In this document: positions 10,472-17,712 of the stretch, piece after piece
How positions within the stretch are numbered: position 1 is the first letter of the stretch
Layout: every line of letters begins with the position of its first letter
DNA from: an uncultured Bacillota bacterium
Lineage (GTDB): Bacteria; Bacillota; Clostridia; Christensenellales; UBA1242
Reading direction: 5' to 3'
Length of the DNA: 34,889 nucleotides
Assembly (NCBI GenBank): GCA_947090235.1
Contig: CAMUNJ010000001.1
Coordinates: 1 to 34,889 of the forward strand
Program-made: the position numbers and the translations under genes
The notes under the pieces: model-generated
Seen by the model: only the letters and a program-made list of their open reading frames with translations
Told to the model about the DNA's origin: nothing
Database searches by the model: none

Positions 10472-11062
10472 ATGGCTACATTTGAAATTGGGGATAAAAT
10501 AAAAAGCCTGAGAAAGATAATGGGACTCTCTCAGGATGAACTAACAAAAAAAGTCGGCTATAAAAGTCGACAATATATTGCTGATATTGAAAATAATAAA
10601 ACTAAACCTAGTTTTGACTTTGTAATGACTTTTGCTTTGATTTTCAAAAAACTAACTAAACTACCTTTTAGTTTTATCAATTTGGCTAATCCACAAAAAG
10701 ATTATAAAGCAGTTTTTGAAAGTAAATTTACTGAGAAATCTTATATCGATTATGACCTTATCAATACTGAGATTGCCGACAAGTTTCAAAACAATGAGAC
10801 TATTGCTCGCACTGATGTTGTAATTGAAAACTTACTAGGCTCTGATATTTTTGCTGACTTGATAAACCACATTGTAGATTATCTTAACTATGGGTTCTAC
10901 TTAAAGTATTTGAAACAACAAATTGAAGATAATCCAGACAAACCTAATATAAGACTTCAAAATGAGATAAATATCACTAAAAACAAACTTAAAGATATTA
11001 AGCAAAATTTCCCATTGCTTGTTGCCCAACTTCAAAATGATGTTTTGTTAGATATTGTTTAG
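10472..11062 (+). CDS. XRE-family HTH regulator with C-terminal extension
   Basis: Start at ATG 10472 with GGAGG RBS at 10462-10466 (the track start at 10460 is a TTG inside the RBS). HTH LSQDELTKKVGYKSRQYIADIENNKTKPS. Confidence 0.7.
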   Translation: MATFEIGDKIKSLRKIMGLSQDELTKKVGYKSRQYIADIENNKTKPSFDFVMTFALIFKKLTKLPFSFINLANPQKDYKAVFESKFTEKSYIDYDLINTEIADKFQNNETIARTDVVIENLLGSDIFADLINHIVDYLNYGFYLKYLKQQIEDNPDKPNIRLQNEINITKNKLKDIKQNFPLLVAQLQNDVLLDIV

Positions 11063-11152
11063 CCTTTTGCACGGCTTTTTATGTTCTCATGGTCGATTTA
11101 ACCACATAAACTCTTTTGCCTGTTCTCACGCCATTTGCAGGCACTTGCAGGG

Positions 11153-11410
11153 CTATCTAATGGTTGCAAGTGTAGGGTAAAGTATATTGTATAACAAGTT
11201 TCCGCCAGCAATGTAGTTATTGTGGCTATCATTTGTATTTCTTCCATTAAAAATTGCTAGCAGTTTATTATTGTTATTGTATAAATACAAATAGTTTCCA
11301 TTTTGTCCTATTTTGCCTATTCTATTTCCATTGTTATCAAAGCAAATTGAAATAATACCTGCTTTTATATAGCCTATTCTTTTGCCTAGTTTATCATACA
11401 AATATAACAT
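11153..11410 (-). CDS. small repeat protein (four ~20-aa repeats; possibly 4-fold beta-flower type)
   Basis: Repeats LYLYDKLGKRIGYI / ISICFDNNGNRIGKI / LYLYNNNNKLLAIF / NNYIAGGNLLYNI. Start moved to ATG 11410 because the upstream TTG codons lie inside the terminator stem of the preceding gene. Confidence 0.45.
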   Translation of the reverse strand: MLYLYDKLGKRIGYIKAGIISICFDNNGNRIGKIGQNGNYLYLYNNNNKLLAIFNGRNTNDSHNNYIAGGNLLYNILYPTLATIR

Positions 11411-11414
11411 AAAA

Positions 11415-11445
11415 ACCGTCTCCAAATAATTATAACGGAGACGGT
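11415..11445 (-). terminator. intrinsic terminator after the SHOCT membrane gene
   Basis: Plus strand ACCGTCTCC-13 nt-GGAGACGGT. On the minus strand the stem is followed by TTTTT. Confidence 0.6.
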
Positions 11446-11459
11446 TATTTTTGATTGTC

Positions 11460-12473
11460 TTATAAATCTTTTAACAAACTTTCTTTTTTATTGTTATATT
11501 CTTCTTCGGTCAAAACTCCTGCATCAAAAAGTTCTTTCAGTTTTAGCAGTTTACTTGTAGCATCATTTGTTTCAGTTTTATTTTCTTCAAGTTTCTTTTC
11601 GCATTGTTTTTTAATGTGATCGGCATTATCAATAGCCTTTTGCTTTTCTTCTTTTTTAATAATTCTATTGAGTTCAAATGAATATTGTGTCTTGTATGTG
11701 AGCCAGATTATACCCACATAGAATATAAGTGCAAAGATATTTAGCATATATCGAACTGAAATTTCAGAGGTATCTCGTTCAAACATAGACGCTGCAAAGT
11801 AAATAATATTTGCAATAAAGCCATAAACCGCACTTAATGTTACATTACATTTTAGATTTTTTCTTGTCCCAATAATAATGGCTAAAATAACTTGTATTAT
11901 TTCGACTATTAAAATAAAGATAACTAAAAACAATGGACTAACCCCGAAAGGACTCTTTGTAATTGCTATATAAAGACTTTGTAGTATGCTCATAAAAACT
12001 ATACCTAAACTACAAAATGCTACATACATAAGCCTTATCTTTTGTGCTTGTTTAGACTCTTTATCAATGTGTTCTTTAAGTCTTTCATTATACACTAGTT
12101 CATATTCAGATTTTTTTGAGCAGAAAAATAAAATCGCTGAAACTAATAATAGGGTCATTTGAAACACACCCAAGCCTATATATGTTCCGCTTGATTTATT
12201 CAAGCCAAAAACATCATAGCATTGAAGGGCTATAAACATTATGTTTAATATTCCATATGTCCTTAAATTGCTTGTCCTTTCACCTATACAAGCCCTTATT
12301 CCAAATAATAAAAATATTACAGGCAATAATAATTGAATGTAATCAAAAGGGCTTTTTTCATATGGGAACATTGAATATATGTAAAACACAAATAACACTG
12401 CCAAAAACCAATATACAGCCCCTATGATTTGAATAATACCGCCTGCGAGAGATAAACCTGTTCGTTTTTTCAT
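11460..12473 (-). CDS. polytopic membrane protein (about 8 TM, two 4-TM halves) with C-terminal SHOCT domain
   Basis: Hydrophobic segments run throughout, and a coiled-coil-like linker follows. The C-terminal LKELFDAGVLTEEEYNNKKESLL matches the SHOCT short C-terminal domain pattern. Start at the second ATG (12473), 7 nt after GGAG. Confidence 0.7.
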   Translation of the reverse strand: MKKRTGLSLAGGIIQIIGAVYWFLAVLFVFYIYSMFPYEKSPFDYIQLLLPVIFLLFGIRACIGERTSNLRTYGILNIMFIALQCYDVFGLNKSSGTYIGLGVFQMTLLLVSAILFFCSKKSEYELVYNERLKEHIDKESKQAQKIRLMYVAFCSLGIVFMSILQSLYIAITKSPFGVSPLFLVIFILIVEIIQVILAIIIGTRKNLKCNVTLSAVYGFIANIIYFAASMFERDTSEISVRYMLNIFALIFYVGIIWLTYKTQYSFELNRIIKKEEKQKAIDNADHIKKQCEKKLEENKTETNDATSKLLKLKELFDAGVLTEEEYNNKKESLLKDL

Positions 12474-12531
12474 ATGCATACTCCTTTATTCAGTCATTAT
12501 ACTTTATTTCGCTCTAAAAAGGCAAACGATT

Positions 12532-12579
12532 TTAAGCCAACGGCTTAATTTTATGTAATTTTTTAAGCCATAGGCTAAA
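12532..12579. promoter_or_regulatory. two palindromic operator-like sites upstream of a small XRE gene
   Basis: TTAAGCC-aac-GGCTTAA (12532-12548, perfect) and TTAAGCC-ata-GGCTAAA (12563-12579). Centres are 31 bp apart. Confidence 0.55.
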
Positions 12580-12587
12580 ATTGGCAT

Positions 12588-12818
12588 ATGATATATGTTA
12601 AAGATAAAAACCTTGAAGATAGTATAAGACATAGACTTGTTGAAGCCATAAAGTTAAGCGGTATGACGCAAACCGAGATAGCAAAAAAGGCTCACATTAC
12701 AAGTGCAAGCCTTTCTGATTATATTCATAAAACTAAAATGCCGAGCATTGAAACCTTTGCTCTCATTTGTGATGCAATAGATGTTTCTGCTGATGAGATT
12801 TTAGGGTTACGAAACTAA
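12588..12818 (+). CDS. small XRE-family HTH protein
   Basis: 76 aa. MTQTEIAKKAHITSASLSDYIHKTKMPSIETFALICDAIDVSADEILG. Convergent with the KAP gene, with 2 nt between the stops. Confidence 0.7.
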   Translation: MIYVKDKNLEDSIRHRLVEAIKLSGMTQTEIAKKAHITSASLSDYIHKTKMPSIETFALICDAIDVSADEILGLRN

Positions 12819-12820
12819 TA

Positions 12821-14995
12821 TTATTTATTTTTCTTTTGCTTCAAATATTTCTTCATTTTAGATTTTGAAAATTGATCATCGTCATCATATTTCTCATATG
12901 ACATCATAAATGCCACCTTATACAAATTATCATTACTATCTAAATCAATATCTGGATTAAAATCTTTTGTTAAAATTTTATAAATTCTTTCAATGTCAAA
13001 ATCTTCGCTTAATTTGCTGCTAAACCCATAAGTCTTTTCACAACTGCCTGTAAGAAGTTGTCCACAAGAGCAAAAGTTTTTAATAAATTTTAGAATATTT
13101 GTTTCTTCTTTTAATAATTTTTCCACAAAATCATCACAAAGTTGTTTGTTTATAGTGTGCATTAGATAATAATACTGGTTATATTCAGGTTCATCAAAAT
13201 TTAATTTGTTAAAAACAAAATTTTGTAAATTGTCCTTTATCAAATTTTCAATTAGTTTTGTCTCTTCAATAGTTAATATAGGATTGTCATTATTCTCTCC
13301 ATTGTTTGATTTCACTCTACCATTTTCTATTTGAAGTGATCGCAAAAATTCTACCTTAACTAAATTTACCTCTCCATTTTCATAAAATTCTTTTATAAAA
13401 TTAAAGACATTCATGGTATCTTTATTTTTCTTCAAATAGTTTCGAAGAATATAAGATATTTGTCTATCGCAATCAGTTGAAAATGCTTCAAATTCAACTT
13501 TTTCTTTTTGTATTTCATTTGTAATTTCCATTAACCAGTTTATAATATCGACAACTCTATTTTTGCTCAATTTATTTTCTACATAATAAGCTATGTAATA
13601 CATAAAAGGAGACAACTGTTTTTGTTGGTTTAGCTTCCTTACAAACGCAATAAAATCTTCTTTATTGTATTTTTCAATGATTTCTTCTATTTGATTTTTA
13701 TTATATAGTAATTCATTTTCATTGAATTGAAAATAGTTATCAAAGTTTTCTTCAATATACATAAAGCCCCTTATTTTAGCTTCTTGATAATGATAAGTTG
13801 TATAGCCCCAAAATTTACTATCGACTTGCCAAACTTTTGGAAATAAAAAACTCAATGCTTCATTTATGAAATCTAAATCTTCTTTTGTAAATTGATTTTT
13901 TAATGTATCGTAAAATTTATTAAGAGATTCTCTTACTTGTTTTCTCTTACTATCATCTCTTTCGTATGGAGAATATGTGCCATTTAATAATTCTTTGTTA
14001 TTTGAAACAAAATTATAAACTTGTGGGAATTTAAGTTCTAGTAATGTTATAATGCAAAAATCATGAAAATCAACATTGTCTTTTAATGCTTCAAATTTTA
14101 AGTTAAACACATTACAAAACCTATTTACATCTCTTAAAGTTATAAATTGTTGCCAAAATCCAGTTCTTGCAAAATCGCTATTTCTTGAAGTTAAAAATTC
14201 ATTTAATTTGGCACAACTTTTGTTAAGATTATCTATTAGGGCTTGTGTGATTTTTATTGGCGACACTTCAGGTATATTAATAGGTAATTGAACTATTTTT
14301 TCTAAATAAGTCTCTGCATGTTCCTTTTGCGAATTTTGTAAAGCAGACACTATAACTTTCTTATCCATAGATAATACATATATTACATTCTCAAAATTCC
14401 CTACGAGTTTTACCAACTGAAAGATTTGGCATATTTCAATATCATTAAGCCTATCCACATCATCAATAAATATAACAATCTTCTTTTCTAACTTCGTTAA
14501 TGCTTTTGATATTTTATTTTTTATTTCTTCTAACGATTTACTATAAGTAAGATTATTTAATGTTTCACCATATTCTTTTACTAATGGAGCAATAATAGTG
14601 GCGAATGGCGATATAACAGGCACATATTTCCCCAAAGTGAATATTTGTCCAGCTCTCTTAAAAAAATTTCCAAGTTTTGAAAACAGCTTATGGTAATCAA
14701 CCATATCTAACTGTATATAAAACTCCTTAAAAAAACATTGCAACAGTTCGTCTTGTCCTTTGAAATTCCATGGGTTAAAATGAATTGTTTTATATCCTTT
14801 TTTAGATAGTTCTTTTGATGCTATATTTATAATAGATGTTTTTCCAGATCCCCATTTACCATATAATCCTATAGTTAAAGATTCTTTGTTGCTGTATGAA
14901 GTTATGTTTGCTACAAAATTGTCTATAAATTTTTTTCTTCCTAAAATATCTTCTTCAATCTTTTCTATTGGCTTATCAACACTTAAATTTTCCAT
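12821..14995 (-). CDS. KAP-family P-loop NTPase
   Basis: Walker A GLYGKWGSGKTS is preceded by DILGRKKFIDNF, typical of KAP N-termini. Walker B-like VIFIDDVDRL. A long alpha-helical C-terminal region follows. Start at ATG 14995 with AAGGAGA RBS. Confidence 0.85.
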   Translation of the reverse strand: MENLSVDKPIEKIEEDILGRKKFIDNFVANITSYSNKESLTIGLYGKWGSGKTSIINIASKELSKKGYKTIHFNPWNFKGQDELLQCFFKEFYIQLDMVDYHKLFSKLGNFFKRAGQIFTLGKYVPVISPFATIIAPLVKEYGETLNNLTYSKSLEEIKNKISKALTKLEKKIVIFIDDVDRLNDIEICQIFQLVKLVGNFENVIYVLSMDKKVIVSALQNSQKEHAETYLEKIVQLPINIPEVSPIKITQALIDNLNKSCAKLNEFLTSRNSDFARTGFWQQFITLRDVNRFCNVFNLKFEALKDNVDFHDFCIITLLELKFPQVYNFVSNNKELLNGTYSPYERDDSKRKQVRESLNKFYDTLKNQFTKEDLDFINEALSFLFPKVWQVDSKFWGYTTYHYQEAKIRGFMYIEENFDNYFQFNENELLYNKNQIEEIIEKYNKEDFIAFVRKLNQQKQLSPFMYYIAYYVENKLSKNRVVDIINWLMEITNEIQKEKVEFEAFSTDCDRQISYILRNYLKKNKDTMNVFNFIKEFYENGEVNLVKVEFLRSLQIENGRVKSNNGENNDNPILTIEETKLIENLIKDNLQNFVFNKLNFDEPEYNQYYYLMHTINKQLCDDFVEKLLKEETNILKFIKNFCSCGQLLTGSCEKTYGFSSKLSEDFDIERIYKILTKDFNPDIDLDSNDNLYKVAFMMSYEKYDDDDQFSKSKMKKYLKQKKNK

Positions 14996-15072
14996 AGTTT
15001 TCTCCTTACTTACATTATAGCACACTTAGCCCCTTAGTTTATATAAAAATTATAACTTTGGGGCTATTATTT

Positions 15073-15116
15073 TGCAAATAGGGACTGTCACAAACTTTCT
15101 CGCCACTGCAAATAGG
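15073..15116. repeat. direct repeat TGCAAATAGG x2 in the KAP-Rep intergenic region
   Basis: Identical 10-mers at 15073-15082 and 15107-15116, next to the inverted repeat TAGCCCC (15027-15033) / GGGGCTA (15060-15066). Confidence 0.6.
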
Positions 15117-15188
15117 TCTAAAATGGCTGAGATAAACTATTTAATATAAATTTATTATATTAAATGTCAATGCTCCTTAAAAGGCAGA

Positions 15189-16061
15189 TTATATAGGTGT
15201 TCGCTTACCTAATCCATAAGACTTTGTTCGTTCTTTTTTATAATACTCTTTACAATAGTATAGGTTGTTGCCCCTGTGAGAGTGCATAGGATTAAGATAT
15301 ACATTTTTTCTTTCAAATACATAACTATTTTCTTTAAGGTATTTTTTCACATTTTCATAAGTATCCGTGTGAATTACAGGCTTTTTAAGCCCTTTTGAAT
15401 ATCTATAAAGGTTTTGTCCAGTTGGTAGTTCCATTTGCATTAGTGCTTTATAGTGCATATGACTATTTTTATTTGTCACTTCATTTGATAAGTGAGGAGT
15501 CACATAATAGTATACATCTTTTTTAGTTTTAGGTTTTTTCCCAAACTTTATAAACCCATGACCCCATATCTCTGCTATTATTGTGTCAGGTATATAAACA
15601 ATCTTTTTAGACTCATTAAAGAAAATTATTGCGTGTATATGATAGCCACCATTATCTAATTCAAGTGTGTTTATATATTCTATTGTTCCAAATTCAGTTA
15701 TTCTTCGCCTTAATCGTTTCATAAAGGACTTAAAATCTTCGTTTATTTTCTTCATATCTAATGTCTTTTCTCTGTAAGTGAACGTTATCAAAAGTATATG
15801 ATTTAAATTTACAGTATTCTCTTTAATTAAATCTTGTAGTTTAATATTGCTTTCAAGCAAACTATAAAGGCTTTCGCCTCGTTTTGCAGTTTTCTTTTCT
15901 TCTGTGATTTCGCCTGTTTGAATATTAACTCTTTTACCATTTCCAATTCTTCTTGAAACAGGTTTACGATTACACATATTAATATTGTGTAATATTACTT
16001 CATCTCTAACGACTCTTACTTTAACAAGGTCGCTTTCTTTTATTAAATTATTCTTTTCCAT
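15189..16061 (-). CDS. rep: HUH-type rolling-circle replication initiator (Rep)
   Basis: 290 aa. Motif 1-like LLITFTY, HUH motif GGYHIHAIIFF, Tyr-rich segment VYYYVTPHL, and LYRYSKGLKKP near the C-terminus. Confidence 0.6.
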   Translation of the reverse strand: MEKNNLIKESDLVKVRVVRDEVILHNINMCNRKPVSRRIGNGKRVNIQTGEITEEKKTAKRGESLYSLLESNIKLQDLIKENTVNLNHILLITFTYREKTLDMKKINEDFKSFMKRLRRRITEFGTIEYINTLELDNGGYHIHAIIFFNESKKIVYIPDTIIAEIWGHGFIKFGKKPKTKKDVYYYVTPHLSNEVTNKNSHMHYKALMQMELPTGQNLYRYSKGLKKPVIHTDTYENVKKYLKENSYVFERKNVYLNPMHSHRGNNLYYCKEYYKKERTKSYGLGKRTPI

Positions 16062-16071
16062 TTTAATCTCC

Positions 16072-16116
16072 TTAACTTAACATCTACCCTGATGTTTTAA
16101 TTTTTATTTAAGTTAA
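16072..16116. repeat. inverted repeat in the Rep leader (candidate origin or RBS-occluding hairpin)
   Basis: TTAACTTAA (16072-16080) and TTAAGTTAA (16108-16116) form a perfect 9-bp pair. An inner hairpin CATC-taccct-GATG lies between them. It abuts the rep RBS (CTCC at 16068-16071 on the plus strand). Confidence 0.5.
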
Positions 16117-16298
16117 AGAGTAAAGACGGTTTTTATATCTTTCGTGCCATACTAAAAATGCTACTCATGGAACAAAAGTTATTTGAAGTTTTTGACAAAA
16201 GCACAAACTTTGTATTATACTATGAAAAACTATTTGATAATACATAATAGATATGTGTATTTCAAAAGTTATTCAATGGGACTTCGGTGGCTAATTGC

Positions 16299-16345
16299 CC
16301 CTCCTAAGGCAAAGATTCCCGGTTAGACTCCGGGCGGGAACACCA
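16299..16345 (+). pseudogene. 3' half of the disrupted tRNA-Arg(CCU) gene (attR side)
   Basis: CCCTCCTAAGGC core, then GGCAA-AGATT-CCCGG-TTAGACT-CCGGG-CGGGAAC-A-CCA. No matching 5' half lies locally. Confidence 0.55.
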
Positions 16346-16373
16346 AAAAAAAACATGCTTATGCATGTTTTTT
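16342..16373. terminator. bidirectional terminator (tRNA remnant / rluA-type gene)
   Basis: A-run, AAACATGC-ttat-GCATGTTT, T-run. It overlaps the stop codon of the minus-strand gene. Confidence 0.65.
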
Positions 16374-17193
16374 ATTTCAGCCATTCTGGTTTTTTGGTGA
16401 AAACGCGTTTATTGAGATATTCTAATTCTCCTATCAAGCCATCAAGTTTTAGATAAGTACAATATAATTGTTGCGTTTTCTTTTTAAATTTTTTGTTGTC
16501 TTCATTCTTGCCATACTTGCCATCACCTATTATTGGATGCCCTAAATATGCGAGATGTGCTCGAATTTGATGAGTTTTTCCTGTCAAGAGGTCACATTCT
16601 ACAATACTACTTGTTGGATTTGATTTTATAGTCTTAAAGCCAGTCCTTATTTCCTCGCGTCCTCTGCCAGAATTTGCAAAAACTCTAACAAGACTTGTTT
16701 CACTATCTTTGCCAAGATAAGCCTTATATATTTCGCCCTTAAAGTCGGTTGCCCCCACAACTTCGGCTAGATATTTCTTTGTTATGGTATGTTTTTTAAA
16801 GGCGTTTAAAAGGATTTCTTTAGCAACCTTATTTTTAGCCATAATCATAAGCCCTTCAGTGTTGCGGTCTAATCTGTGCACAGCCATTGCACCTTTAATT
16901 CGACCTTCGAGTCCATCTACACCCTCAACTTCAACGCCTGTTTTTTTATCTAAAACAATAATGTTGTCGTCTTGAAAGATAATATCATAACCTTGATTTA
17001 ACCCACCATTCTCATAAAAAACAGTGATGACGCGTCCCTTTTCAATTGTAATATTGTCTTTAATTCGAATATCATCAATTTTAACATCTTTATTTCTCAA
17101 AAGTTTACAAACATAGTTGTATGAAAAACCCTTTTTGCAGAGGATGTCCGCAATTTTTTCTTGTCTATCATTTACAAAATTTAACTTTTCCAT
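16372..17193 (-). CDS. RluA-family pseudouridine synthase with N-terminal S4-like domain
   Basis: HRLDRNTEGLMIMAKN (catalytic Asp motif) and KTHQIRAHLAYLGHPIIGDGKYG. Confidence 0.85.
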   Translation of the reverse strand: MEKLNFVNDRQEKIADILCKKGFSYNYVCKLLRNKDVKIDDIRIKDNITIEKGRVITVFYENGGLNQGYDIIFQDDNIIVLDKKTGVEVEGVDGLEGRIKGAMAVHRLDRNTEGLMIMAKNKVAKEILLNAFKKHTITKKYLAEVVGATDFKGEIYKAYLGKDSETSLVRVFANSGRGREEIRTGFKTIKSNPTSSIVECDLLTGKTHQIRAHLAYLGHPIIGDGKYGKNEDNKKFKKKTQQLYCTYLKLDGLIGELEYLNKRVFTKKPEWLK

Positions 17194-17282
17194 AAGTTTA
17201 GTTTAACACAAAAGTTAAAATTTGTGAAGAACTTTTCATAAAATTACTAGGTCAATAATAAAATTGATTAGGAGATTTTTTT

Positions 17283-17537
17283 ATGAACGAACTTATAACT
17301 ATCGAAAACTCATCTAGCATTTCTATCAATGGTGCAACTAAAGTTGTATCATCAACTCAAAATCAAGGGATTGTTGAGACCAAAGAAAACACAATTATAA
17401 TTACTGGCAGTGAACTTGAAGTTCGCAAACTTGATCTTGAAAACTGCGAGGTTAGTTTTATTGGCAAGATAACAAACATTAAATTTACAAGTCTTGGCGG
17501 CAACAAAGTACCTTTATTAAAGCGTCTTTTCAAATAA
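17283..17537 (+). CDS. yabP: sporulation protein YabP
   Basis: 84 aa. ITGSELEVRKLDLENCEVSFIGKITNIKF matches the YabP pattern. A YabQ-like membrane gene follows. Confidence 0.75.
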   Translation: MNELITIENSSSISINGATKVVSSTQNQGIVETKENTIIITGSELEVRKLDLENCEVSFIGKITNIKFTSLGGNKVPLLKRLFK

Positions 17538-17712
17538 CGAACCTAATGTTCGTCGACTATCAACCGACTTATATAATACTCTAAACTTTATCCCTCCAAA
17601 TAAGTCAAATGTTTGTTGACTATCTACTAAGCAGTTTTAAATAATGTATCTTTTCAACTCAAAACGCAAAACACAAACTTCTAAAACGCCAAGCAAATTA
17701 AAAAAGGACAAA

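Larger units (their letters stand above)
7048..16310. mobile_element. integrative element (~9.25 kb; tyrosine integrase + Xis-like + HUH Rep, no conjugation genes seen) inserted in tRNA-Arg(CCU)
   Basis: 12-nt direct repeat CCCTCCTAAGGC at both ends (7048-7059, 16299-16310). Split tRNA halves flank it. int/xis/rep lie inside. The reconstructed attP has an 8-bp inverted repeat around the core. Confidence 0.65.

Noticed and set aside
16222-16326. 34-codon ORF running from the outward promoter across attR
   Set aside because: It has no RBS. Its 3' part is the tRNA remnant read as codons, so it is most likely non-coding.
17644-17712. Upstream start for yabQ given in the track
   Set aside because: It adds 23 Lys/Ser/Thr-rich residues with no SD. 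The ATG at 17713 has AAGGA upstream and starts directly at the hydrophobic core. This is retained only as an alternative.
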